Source: a virus (lineage: Duplodnaviria > Caudoviricetes). Taken from it: DNA of 49,015 bases. The translations under genes and the position numbers were made by a program. Positions within the stretch are counted from its first letter, which is position 1, and every line of letters starts with the position of its first letter. The notes beneath the pieces are model-generated. The model was not told where the DNA came from and ran no database searches. It saw nothing but the letters and a program-made list of their open reading frames with translations. The stretch lies in the IMG/VR virus record IMGVR_UViG_3300034132_000016, positions 1 through 49,015 of that record; one strand, 5' to 3'. Shown one piece after another: positions 36,246 through 45,387 of this stretch.

Positions 36246-38532
36246 CGAAATAATTAGATCCGTCACTCAAAGGGATGGAAAATCATCATCCGGGGAAACC
36301 CTGGTGGTGGCTTCTCATGTATCCCAGATGGCTCAATGGTCTGTCCGAAAGGGTATTCGCTTCATCCCAGAGCAAGACGATGAAAAGCAGTCTCGCAAGA
36401 AAAAGATTGCAGAAGTTGTTAGTTACAACAGGCTGGATCTTTATTACAAGGGGATTGTCACACTCTTTCTAACAACAGGTTCAATTCTCTGGTATCTGCG
36501 TCCAACCGGAACCGCAAACTATGAGATTCATTGGTTTAGAGGTGGAGAGCCAAATAACCCAGAATGTCAATACAAAGCCTATTACAAACCCGGAGGAAGA
36601 GAGCTTCAAGAAGTCATCATTCGATATTCCTATGAAGACTACTCGACTAATAATTACAACAGTCTCAACACCTTCGATCGTAAAAAGTGGATTCGGTTAA
36701 GGATTACAGCCGAATACATTATTGAGGAAATCTATAGTCAGATTCCTTCACTCTATCCTGACAGTTCTCCGATGGGGTTAGCTAATTTAGGAATGATGAG
36801 TGCCCCACTCACTAGAAATGTCCAGATGAACAGTCTGGGATTTATTCCTTGTGCTGTTTCCCCGAACTACCCAATGCAACCGGGAGATTCTGGTAATGGA
36901 GAGTTCAACTGGTTGAGAGGACCAATCGAAGCAGAGGACTCGATGCGGAGTGCCATGCTCGATAATGTCTTCCTGTTTAGCTCTCCCACGCTTGTCACGA
37001 CCAGATCAAAAGCTCAAGTGATGGAAGCAGTGGACGGTAACGAAGGACAAAAACCTTCCTGGTCATCCCAACAGGGTTATTACTCCAATACTCATCCTTC
37101 TACCCGTAGAGATGACCCCTGGGTCAGAGGGAATCGTTACGGGCAGGGGATGGGCGATTCAAATCGTAGAAGCCGGATTGCTCGAATCATTGGAGGTGTA
37201 ACCAGTGAGGAAAGGTTTGGCTACATCTTCCCAGACCCGATCAATGGTGATCAGTGGAAGTTTGTTGAATCCTACCGGGAAGGCATCCATGAAGCATTGG
37301 GAGGAATTGACCCTCTGGGTATGAGGTCAGGAATGACCTTCGGAGAAGTGAAGTCACTATTCGGAAAAGTTGCAGCAACAGCCCTGGACAAGTGTAAGTC
37401 TTTGTGGTCTTACGGACTTTCCAAGATTCTAGAAATGATGCTTCAGATTGAAGAAGAAACATTTCTTGCTTCTTATAAGAATTACTTGCTAACAACTCAC
37501 AAAAATGCGAAGAAATTTCAAAATTTAGTTAAAAAGAATGGGGCTATCCCTGATGCGATAGTTCTGCAAGATTACACAGAAAATCAGTTTGTTCTACCTC
37601 TTGGAGTGAGTGGTTTAGCTCCTTATGGAGACAGGTCAATTAACTGGAAGTGGGAAGGTCCAGTGTTTGAAATGGACCCCAGAGAGCAGTTAGACCTTTC
37701 AATCGGAGTTAGAAATTATCAGGAATTGGGTGTAGGTTCACTTCAAGCAATGCAGTACCTATTCCCGGATAAAGATGAGCGAGAAATTCGTTCAATGTTG
37801 ACAGGAGTACCGTTCCGATTTATTGCTTCTGTTAGCAGTTCAATCGGGACTCTGTTACAATTGCAGCAGCAAATGATGGGTACACCTGACCCTCAAAATC
37901 CGAATATACCGTTGGCTGCAAGATTTGATTTAACGCCGCTCATTCAGCAGCAAATATTATCATTAGCGAGGGAGATCTCTTATGGACCAGAATTTTACCC
38001 AAACAACAATGACTCCGGTAGCGGCAACTCTGCCAATTTCAGCGGCAACCAACAGCCAGGTAGCGGGTTATCAGGTGTCAGCCCCCCAGGTAGTTCCGTT
38101 CCCGGCACCCTCAGCCCAGTATTCTCAGGGGTTTCCCCAGGCATATCCAATGCAGGGAACGGCAGCAATGGCACCACAAATGTCAATGCCCGTTCCTCAG
38201 CCCAGTTACAACAACGGGTATCCGAGCAACGTAATCCCGTTCCCGGCACAGCATCAGGGTATGCAGCAGGGCTATACCCCAATGCAAGCGCAATCCCAGG
38301 CACAGCCTACCCAGGATGGGGCATGGCAAACGGTACGGGAGGCAATGCAACTCCTGGCATCCCGGAATGGGCAAGCCCCATCCCTTCCCCCGGCAGTAGT
38401 ACCGTTAATGCCGCAGTTCCAGGGCTACCAACAACCGTACCCACAACAGCCACAGGTCTACCAGCAGGGATACCAGCAGGGCTACCCCCAGACTTCGCCT
38501 CAAGCCCTTCCTTATGGAGGCTCTACCTATAG
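36229..38532 (+). CDS. portal protein
   Basis: Size, position between TerL and scaffold/capsid, LGFIP motif; low-complexity tail overlaps the next gene. Confidence 0.8.
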   Translation: MTAGLDEIIRSVTQRDGKSSSGETLVVASHVSQMAQWSVRKGIRFIPEQDDEKQSRKKKIAEVVSYNRLDLYYKGIVTLFLTTGSILWYLRPTGTANYEIHWFRGGEPNNPECQYKAYYKPGGRELQEVIIRYSYEDYSTNNYNSLNTFDRKKWIRLRITAEYIIEEIYSQIPSLYPDSSPMGLANLGMMSAPLTRNVQMNSLGFIPCAVSPNYPMQPGDSGNGEFNWLRGPIEAEDSMRSAMLDNVFLFSSPTLVTTRSKAQVMEAVDGNEGQKPSWSSQQGYYSNTHPSTRRDDPWVRGNRYGQGMGDSNRRSRIARIIGGVTSEERFGYIFPDPINGDQWKFVESYREGIHEALGGIDPLGMRSGMTFGEVKSLFGKVAATALDKCKSLWSYGLSKILEMMLQIEEETFLASYKNYLLTTHKNAKKFQNLVKKNGAIPDAIVLQDYTENQFVLPLGVSGLAPYGDRSINWKWEGPVFEMDPREQLDLSIGVRNYQELGVGSLQAMQYLFPDKDEREIRSMLTGVPFRFIASVSSSIGTLLQLQQQMMGTPDPQNPNIPLAARFDLTPLIQQQILSLAREISYGPEFYPNNNDSGSGNSANFSGNQQPGSGLSGVSPPGSSVPGTLSPVFSGVSPGISNAGNGSNGTTNVNARSSAQLQQRVSEQRNPVPGTASGYAAGLYPNASAIPGTAYPGWGMANGTGGNATPGIPEWASPIPSPGSSTVNAAVPGLPTTVPTTATGLPAGIPAGLPPDFASSPSLWRLYL

Positions 38533-39226
38533 TCAGACCTACGGTCAGCCGCAACAACAAAATCCACTCCTTGCGCCTTCATTGCCTCAATATCAGGGGC
38601 AACAGTACCAGGGACAACAGTACCAGGGACAACAGTACCAGGGACAGCAAGGGCAACAGGCAAATGGAGGCTTTGCCACAAGTCAGGAGTTGACCCAGTA
38701 TTTTGGTTCTGCTGAAGTTGCAGCAGACAGTCTCAACAAATACGCTTGCATGGCGGAAGATCAGCTAGAACAAGCCAGTGTTCAATTACAACAGCTTGCA
38801 GCATATACACAGCAGCTTCAGCAAAAACATGAAGCGCTAGTTGACATCAATACGGATCCTGGCAAGTTGGCGCAATGGTATCTACAGCTAGAACAAATTT
38901 ATGGGGAGCTTCCGGGATTCACTCCCCAGGATATGCAACAAGCTCAGTATCAGACGGTGAATATGCAGGGCTACCCTACTCAAGGTGGACAGGTTTCTCA
39001 AATGAATCCAGGACTGGCGAGTGCCACCCTGGCAAATCAGATGTATAACCAGATGAATTCACAGGTTGCACCTCAGTCGCGTCCTCAGTTTCCCCAAATG
39101 CCAGTAGGAAATCCGGCTGGACAACAGGCACCTAATCTTACTGCTGTACCTGCAAATCAGCGTTACATGATGCTGGATCAGTTACAAGCAACCGGAGGCT
39201 TGAAAGGGGCAAGGCTTGTCTTCTAG
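37982..39226 (+). CDS. scaffolding protein (Gln/Pro/Tyr-rich)
   Basis: Between portal and capsid; coiled-coil core; QYQGQ repeats; GGAG RBS. Confidence 0.65.
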   Translation: MDQNFTQTTMTPVAATLPISAATNSQVAGYQVSAPQVVPFPAPSAQYSQGFPQAYPMQGTAAMAPQMSMPVPQPSYNNGYPSNVIPFPAQHQGMQQGYTPMQAQSQAQPTQDGAWQTVREAMQLLASRNGQAPSLPPAVVPLMPQFQGYQQPYPQQPQVYQQGYQQGYPQTSPQALPYGGSTYSQTYGQPQQQNPLLAPSLPQYQGQQYQGQQYQGQQYQGQQGQQANGGFATSQELTQYFGSAEVAADSLNKYACMAEDQLEQASVQLQQLAAYTQQLQQKHEALVDINTDPGKLAQWYLQLEQIYGELPGFTPQDMQQAQYQTVNMQGYPTQGGQVSQMNPGLASATLANQMYNQMNSQVAPQSRPQFPQMPVGNPAGQQAPNLTAVPANQRYMMLDQLQATGGLKGARLVF

Positions 39227-39234
39227 GAAGATAT

Positions 39235-39278
39235 AAAAATCCCCCCGAAGCTAACCAAGAAACGCTTCAGGGGGTTGT
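39235..39278. terminator. hairpin between scaffold and capsid genes
   Basis: CCCCC.GAAGC / GCTTC.GGGGG stem. Confidence 0.5.
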
Positions 39279-39416
39279 TAGGTGTAGTGATTGCGTCCTG
39301 AAGAACAAAACTCAGAACTTCCTAACTATAGCTCAGTGATGGTGAGTCTTTCAATCAGCACTTTTGGATGAGTTGCCGTAGTAGGAAATCAACACTACCC
39401 TCTGTGGACTTGCGAA

Positions 39417-40604
39417 ATGTTTGATATTGATTTTCCAACCCTACTGGGTGCCGAACTATTAAGACCAGACGGAACTTTCATCTCTAAGTTTGTTGTACAA
39501 CCGATGGTTGTGCATGACTTTAACGCTTTCCCAGGGGGAAGCGTTCAACTCGATCGCTACTCCTACTGGGAAGACAACTCATTTTCTGAAGCTAATCGTC
39601 TGAGAAATCCAAACCAGATTATTGGTACAACGGGATCGCGGGACATCCCGAAAAATAAAATCATCGTGACACTCGATGAATTTACTGGTCCCTCTGCTGG
39701 CGCAGACAACCCAAATGATCCAGGCAACCTGAAAATCCCCATCCATAACATCATCACAGCCCAACGCTTGCTGTATGACATGGGGAATGCTCAGGCATTT
39801 CATCAATCAATTGGTTCCCTTACTCTTGTCCGAGATTTTCGCAAATGGCAGGATAGAGTTTATGTCAACCGTTTGTTGAGTGTCACCAGTTTAGGATCTG
39901 CCTCTTCTACGCAAGGAGGTTACTGGAATCCTGGTGGTGTCCTGAATGCTGGTACTTATGGGGCAGGTCCACCTCGATTTGATATTACTAATGACCTGCT
40001 GACCGTTGTTGCAGACATGAGAACTCGGAATGTGCCACCGTTCCCCAGTCCGTATGGTCCGGTTTATCACAACCTGTCTTCTCCGGTGTTCATGAAGCAT
40101 CTTCGGGCAAATAGCGATTTTCGAGAAGTAGCTAAATTCCCCGGTGCGGTGCCCGTATCAATGCTGCAACCTGGCATGATGCCGATGAGTGCCCCCCAAA
40201 TGCCACCTCCCGGTAACTTTATGTCTGCTCCTAACCAGATGCTCTTTATGGGGCAGGGTTACGGTCAGAGTGGCTTTATGTCAGGCGATGTTCTCCCGAC
40301 TGGGTTTGTGTTTGAAGGAGTTCGTTTCTTTGAATCAACCAACCTCCCCACAGCTTCAATCACGCTTAATTACACTGCTGCACCTACCGGGATCACAACT
40401 GGATCGGCTGCAAGAACCGCTTTCCTTGGTCTGTTCTTTGGACAACAGGCTGTAGGTGAGGGGGTTTGGGGGAATGGTCCTGAAGTGAAACTGAATGAGA
40501 ATAGCGACTATAAAAGGTTCATTATAGCCATCTGGAGTGTTTATGCGGGTTTTGCTCTTCTCAATGATTCTTTCTGCACGGTGGGAAGAACTTATCAGTC
40601 TTAG
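39417..40604 (+). CDS. major capsid protein (N4-gp56-like, HK97 fold)
   Basis: 395 aa; FEGVRFFESTN and FFGQQAVG motifs; position after scaffold. Confidence 0.85.
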   Translation: MFDIDFPTLLGAELLRPDGTFISKFVVQPMVVHDFNAFPGGSVQLDRYSYWEDNSFSEANRLRNPNQIIGTTGSRDIPKNKIIVTLDEFTGPSAGADNPNDPGNLKIPIHNIITAQRLLYDMGNAQAFHQSIGSLTLVRDFRKWQDRVYVNRLLSVTSLGSASSTQGGYWNPGGVLNAGTYGAGPPRFDITNDLLTVVADMRTRNVPPFPSPYGPVYHNLSSPVFMKHLRANSDFREVAKFPGAVPVSMLQPGMMPMSAPQMPPPGNFMSAPNQMLFMGQGYGQSGFMSGDVLPTGFVFEGVRFFESTNLPTASITLNYTAAPTGITTGSAARTAFLGLFFGQQAVGEGVWGNGPEVKLNENSDYKRFIIAIWSVYAGFALLNDSFCTVGRTYQS

Positions 40605-40972
40605 TTCTTTAACCATCCCCAAATTCTTCCTGAACTAATATGCTGGATTGTGGCTTTAGAAACTTGATATTTCTTAGCTATGGTTGAATGTGATTCGCCT
40701 AGATTAAGAAGCTGCCTAATTTCTCGAACTTGTGTTTCAACGAGTTTAGCAGATCCGTTTGTTTCACCAAAATTAGATGTTATTACTCTCCTGCCTTTTG
40801 CATCCATATCTGCGATGTTTTCAGCAATAGTTCCATCCCATAAATGGTCTGGTCGAACGCAAGCTCGATTATCACATTTATGGCAAGCACAATCATTGGG
40901 AAATTCTCCTCGATACTGATGATTAGAAGACTCACAAGAAATAGTATTTAATCTGTTCGATCCATTATTCAA
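40601..40972 (-). CDS. HNH endonuclease, apparently N-terminally truncated (paralog of 7939..8502)
   Basis: CHKCDNRACVRPDHLWDGT..N, GETNGSAKL and C-terminal HTH; lacks the FWAKV/CW region. Confidence 0.8.
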   Translation of the reverse strand: MNNGSNRLNTISCESSNHQYRGEFPNDCACHKCDNRACVRPDHLWDGTIAENIADMDAKGRRVITSNFGETNGSAKLVETQVREIRQLLNLGESHSTIAKKYQVSKATIQHISSGRIWGWLKN

Positions 40973-40980
40973 AGGAAGTC

Positions 40981-41601
40981 ATGAGTGCAATTTCCGCTAA
41001 TTTTCCCGGTTTTGAAATTGGATTCCAGCCTGGGGTTCGGCAACACTTGCTCCCCGGTCTGGGTGTCTTTTCCGAAGCAATTGGGGTATGTGACATTACC
41101 ACAACTCCGACGACAGTTTTCGATATTCGATTCCGTGCGGGGCAGGTTGAAAAAGATGACACCGTAGGATTGACCGTTCCTAACGGTTCTATCTTGCATT
41201 TCATGGGAATGAAAATTCCAACAGGGTTGGTAGCAACCAACGGCGATCGTCTAAAGCTAGCAACGGCTGTTGGAGCTACAGGGACTCAGGCGTTTGATGC
41301 AGCAGGTTCTACAGCTTATGTTCCGAGTGCTGTTGCAGCAGGTGGAACCTTTGCTTCTACTCCGACAACAGAAGACGTTATTTTCAAGGTTGACCCATTT
41401 ATTACGGCAACTGTCGCAGCACTAAACGCTGACAAACTGTTTAAGGTCTTCAACGACAACGGTACTACTGGGGCAGGTTCAGGAGTTTCCGTTGCTTCTG
41501 GGACTAAACAAATTGTTGTGGTAATGCGCTGGATCCCTCCTAATCTAATCAACTGCATTCCATCGCTAGAACAAATTCAACAGCGTCCAGCAAGAGGATA
41601 A
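40981..41601 (+). CDS. capsid decoration/cement-like protein
   Basis: Follows the capsid gene; Ala/Gly/Thr-rich beta composition. Confidence 0.55.
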   Translation: MSAISANFPGFEIGFQPGVRQHLLPGLGVFSEAIGVCDITTTPTTVFDIRFRAGQVEKDDTVGLTVPNGSILHFMGMKIPTGLVATNGDRLKLATAVGATGTQAFDAAGSTAYVPSAVAAGGTFASTPTTEDVIFKVDPFITATVAALNADKLFKVFNDNGTTGAGSGVSVASGTKQIVVVMRWIPPNLINCIPSLEQIQQRPARG

Positions 41602-41646
41602 GAAATTGTCTCAGGGTTATGCCCTAGTTATTGACAGGAGAAAGAT

Positions 41647-42045
41647 ATGCAGTATAGGTATGGCAATTTAACTCTCGATGAATCGCAAATTGAGATTTAC
41701 GATTCATTTTTTGCCTATCGAGTTGATGGGCAATGTAAGCAAGGAAATCTGAGCGAGTTGATCAGAATAGATTCTCAGCCTATTGCTAATTCGACAGGCA
41801 TTGTAGTGCCGATGAAGCAAGAGGAAAAAGAAGCCGAAACTGAACAGGTGAATATCAACGCCTGCACTCCGGCTCAATTAGCAAAAGCAGTCAGGGGTAT
41901 TGGGAAATCTTTCGCTACAAAAGTAATTGTTAGAAAGCCTGACGGAGGGTATAAATCCTGGGAACAGTTAGGAGAAGTCAATGCGGATCTTCCTCTTAAC
42001 TGGAAAGAAATTGAAGAGGACTCAAAGGAAGTAATTATTTTCTGA
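41647..42045 (+). CDS. helix-hairpin-helix (ComEA-like) DNA-binding protein
   Basis: VNINACTPAQL..VRGIGKSFA..I...GGYKSWEQL. Confidence 0.8.
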   Translation: MQYRYGNLTLDESQIEIYDSFFAYRVDGQCKQGNLSELIRIDSQPIANSTGIVVPMKQEEKEAETEQVNINACTPAQLAKAVRGIGKSFATKVIVRKPDGGYKSWEQLGEVNADLPLNWKEIEEDSKEVIIF

Positions 42046-42050
42046 ACAAA

Positions 42051-42239
42051 ATGAACTATATAAACTCTGAATTACTTGAAAAACAAGAGTCAGTAATAGC
42101 CCATCTTCAAGATTTAATTCTGAATACGGGTATTCCTGAGAATGTTAAGCCTTATTCAGAAGCGATATCAATGGCGATCGCCTCTTATATTTACCTAAAA
42201 CAGAATCAATCTTACGGAGCAGGCAGTAATGTTAACTAA
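42051..42239 (+). CDS. hypothetical small protein
   Basis: Coupled ORF. Confidence 0.5.
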   Translation: MNYINSELLEKQESVIAHLQDLILNTGIPENVKPYSEAISMAIASYIYLKQNQSYGAGSNVN

Positions 42240-42696
42240 AGCTGAAGTTATAAGAGACATGAATGCTTCTGTTCGGACTGCTGCTGACTTCAATTTGCCA
42301 GGTGTAACCGCAGCAACCGCAGCAAACTATCAGAATTTCTTCGTAGCACCCTTCCCCTGTCGCGTGGTTTCAATTGTTGCTAGATTTTCAGCCGCAGGAG
42401 GAGCTGCCGCAGCAGTCCAGATTACTAAAGCTCCTTCGGGAACTTCGACAGATGCCGGGACTAACGTTTTAACTACTCCACTTGATCTGACTGGAGCAAC
42501 CCATACCAACGTAAATGGAGTTCTCAGCACTGTTGCTAGTGCTACAGTATTGAATACCGGGGATGCTCTGGGTGCTGTTGATAGCGGCACATTAACGGGT
42601 CTTGCTGATCTCTCGGTTACCGTAATGATTAAACCCCTGGTGCTTGAAACTGAAGGAATCGATTTCCAAATCCCAGGAGCTACACCCTATATTTAA
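42229..42696 (+). CDS. virion structural protein (decoration-like)
   Basis: Ala/Thr/Gly-rich jelly-roll-like composition. Confidence 0.6.
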   Translation: MLTKAEVIRDMNASVRTAADFNLPGVTAATAANYQNFFVAPFPCRVVSIVARFSAAGGAAAAVQITKAPSGTSTDAGTNVLTTPLDLTGATHTNVNGVLSTVASATVLNTGDALGAVDSGTLTGLADLSVTVMIKPLVLETEGIDFQIPGATPYI

Positions 42697-42712
42697 TCAA
42701 TCGCAATTTTGC

Positions 42713-42745
42713 AAAAAAAAATAGAGGGAAAGAGATTCCCTCTAT
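42713..42745. terminator. terminator between convergent blocks
   Basis: Perfect 10-bp stem ATAGAGGGAA/TTCCCTCTAT with an A-run. Confidence 0.75.
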
Positions 42746-43073
42746 AAAAGTAAAAATTAAATTGATTTTTGAATCAATTTATTTTTTTTGATCTTTTTGC
42801 TGACGATATTGATACACTTCGTCTAAAGCTTTGTTAAAAGCTTGCTAATTTTTTTGCTCACGATATTGACGCACCTCATTTAAAGCTTTATTGACTGCTT
42901 CTTGATTCTTGTCAGACATTTTATTTCTCCATTATTTTGAGTAACAGGGGTTTCCCCCTCTGTGAACTTGCTTGACTTTCTCACTACACCGTAACAACCG
43001 AACTCTTTAATGTGAGTATATCACTCACAGGAAGGAGTCGCAATAAGAGTCATCGGAAAAAAGAATAATTGGT

Positions 43074-43307
43074 CTATTCCAGAACTTTATTCTCAGGTAC
43101 AGGTACAAACCTTGGCTCTCCATGACGGTTTTTTCCGTACCACTCCTCTAGCGATCGCCTTCGGTATTCACCTTGGGGCATGTCATCTGAACGATACAAG
43201 ATTTCCCAGTCCTCTTCCTCGCAAGGCGAAACAAGCCCAAAGACTCTAAAAACTTTCTTCCTGTTGTTGTTAAACCACAAGCTATTGACTGGAGGTATAG
43301 GATACAT
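43074..43307 (-). CDS. DUF1653-like small protein
   Basis: ILYR....YRRRSLEEW..PRF pattern. Confidence 0.5.
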   Translation of the reverse strand: MYPIPPVNSLWFNNNRKKVFRVFGLVSPCEEEDWEILYRSDDMPQGEYRRRSLEEWYGKNRHGEPRFVPVPENKVLE

Positions 43308-43333
43308 GATTTTATTCCTTCGATTTTAAGTAG

Positions 43334-43711
43334 TCACTCTTCGAGTATTACCTCATTAGCCATGTAAACACTAATCGGTTCCAGGTCCAACTCATTGGTT
43401 TCTGAAATGGACTTAATCAGATATGTTCCTGTTAAACTTCCCTCTTCAGTTTCCAGGACAACATCAACCATCTTTCCAACCTGCCAGGAGTGAATCCCGG
43501 TAACACGATCGCCGTTAACTTGCTTGCGCTCGTGAAGGATAAATTTCAAAGTTTTCAGCTTATTCTCATAAAACGGCAAATTCACTTTCGCTGTATAAAC
43601 AAGGGTTTTACCTGTTTTCTCGTATAAGCCCATGCCTGCTACTGTGTCTGTTGCATCGATAAACATCTTGTTGTCCTCGTCTTTTGTTTCATTAGTCATA
43701 ATTTTTTCCAC
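43334..43711 (-). CDS. hypothetical protein
   Basis: 125-aa coupled ORF. Confidence 0.55.
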   Translation of the reverse strand: MEKIMTNETKDEDNKMFIDATDTVAGMGLYEKTGKTLVYTAKVNLPFYENKLKTLKFILHERKQVNGDRVTGIHSWQVGKMVDVVLETEEGSLTGTYLIKSISETNELDLEPISVYMANEVILEE

Positions 43712-43970
43712 CTGTGAGATACTTATTATTCGCCTGATTCAACGCTTCATCAGTCGGTTCCTCAATTATTCCAAGGGCACAGAATACTTTCAACTGAATA
43801 TCTCTTCCTCCCCGGCAAGCATATTCTGAACTGGTATGACAAATATGCTGTTGTCCTTTGATTAGATAATCTGTAATTTCTCGTATTCGTTCTGCTGGCA
43901 GTCTTAACCCATCGTAACGAAAGATACAAGTCTTACATTGCTTCGGTCTACCGGGAAGGAAGTCACTCAT
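43692..43970 (-). CDS. small Cys/His metal-binding protein
   Basis: CKTC..HICH..CRG. Confidence 0.6.
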   Translation of the reverse strand: MSDFLPGRPKQCKTCIFRYDGLRLPAERIREITDYLIKGQQHICHTSSEYACRGGRDIQLKVFCALGIIEEPTDEALNQANNKYLTGGKNYD

Positions 43971-43983
43971 TAGTATTACCTTT

Positions 43984-45180
43984 TTATTTCCTTGCTCCGC
44001 GATTCACTGTTTGCAGGCACCGTTCCCACAGATCACTGGGGATTATTAAATCAGTGTCTTTGCCTCTGCCTGTTGCTTTAGCAGACTCCACCAGGAGCTT
44101 AAACAGTTGAGCCATTTCACTCGCTGTTGGGCGAGGTTGCTTGGGTTGAAGAGGTCTAGGTTGAGGAGCAGGTTTACCCGATCCCCCTGACTCTCTTGAC
44201 CCTGAGTTTGCATTGTTAGCACTATTTTCTTTTTCCGATGACTCTCCTGTTTGAGCGTTATCAACAGACGGGGCGTCTGGAAATGAGCCTGCCTGCTGAT
44301 CGCCTTTGTAGAAAGGAAGAATATTGGAATTGATTGGAATTACTTTTGCTTCCAATCTGTCCTTGATTACCTCTGTAATAAAGGCACCAGTCACCTTCTC
44401 TTTCCCGGCACTTTCAGCCCCAGAAATAGCTTCTCTAAGCCCTGCCACAACTTCATCAATCGTTAGTTTTGGACTCCGAAGTAGTTCTAGAGTTTTCCCT
44501 TCAGGGATGTGCTTTTCACTAAGAGCTTTCATTAAGTCTGCCGGAAGGGTTGTGAGGGCAATCGTGGCATCAAATTGCCGCTCACTCCAACCAGTATCTT
44601 TAAGAAACTTTTCCTTAAATTCATCACGGTCCATCCCTTCCTTAAGTGACCGTTCCATCATTCGTTTAATCTTTGCTGCCCGTTCAGCAGCCGTATGATG
44701 CTCATGCAGTTCATCTCGAACTAGCATCCGGATTTCTAGATCTCGAATGCTAACCCCTCGCATCGCAACAACCGTTGCATACATAGGACGAAACAGAATT
44801 CCCTTCTTCTGCAACAGCCACCAGGCGAAATGCCTCCGGTGTCCATCATGCGGAAATAAGCGATCGCCTGAGAGAATCAGCTCTAACGGTTTTTGTGGAT
44901 CAAATCCCCCAAGAGCTTCAATCCCATTCATTAGCCGCTCGATAGCATCTTTATCGTAGTGATTACGAATGTTCCACCCTTCGGATTCAATTCGAGCAAG
45001 ATTTTCTGGGGTGTATTCTAAAGGCTGCTCACCTGGAGCTAAACGAAGCTTGCCATCCTCATACTTGATTAGTCGAGGTCCAACATATTCCCCATTCTCA
45101 AGCCGAATTGAAATCAATTCTGGCTCAACCTTAATAATTTCAGATGCAACTGAACCAACTTCGCGTGAAGCTCTACCCAT
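43984..45180 (-). CDS. ParB/Srx-like domain protein
   Basis: NIR..Y..L..I..G..PL..DGHRR motif; AGGAGG RBS. Confidence 0.75.
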   Translation of the reverse strand: MGRASREVGSVASEIIKVEPELISIRLENGEYVGPRLIKYEDGKLRLAPGEQPLEYTPENLARIESEGWNIRNHYDKDAIERLMNGIEALGGFDPQKPLELILSGDRLFPHDGHRRHFAWWLLQKKGILFRPMYATVVAMRGVSIRDLEIRMLVRDELHEHHTAAERAAKIKRMMERSLKEGMDRDEFKEKFLKDTGWSERQFDATIALTTLPADLMKALSEKHIPEGKTLELLRSPKLTIDEVVAGLREAISGAESAGKEKVTGAFITEVIKDRLEAKVIPINSNILPFYKGDQQAGSFPDAPSVDNAQTGESSEKENSANNANSGSRESGGSGKPAPQPRPLQPKQPRPTASEMAQLFKLLVESAKATGRGKDTDLIIPSDLWERCLQTVNRGARK

Positions 45181-45387
45181 AAATCCTCCTACATTAATTA
45201 ACGTTTTTAGTTATTGAAAAATTTACACGATCAAAAAACTATTCAATTTCTTGTTTTTTAATTACTAGAGTTCTCAAAAAAGCACTTATTTTTTTCGCCT
45301 CTTGTTCAGTTAGATCGACAGGCAAAACAAACTGCGCCATAAAGTTCTCACGAAGTGGATATGAATAAGGAATACTTTTTGAATTGC

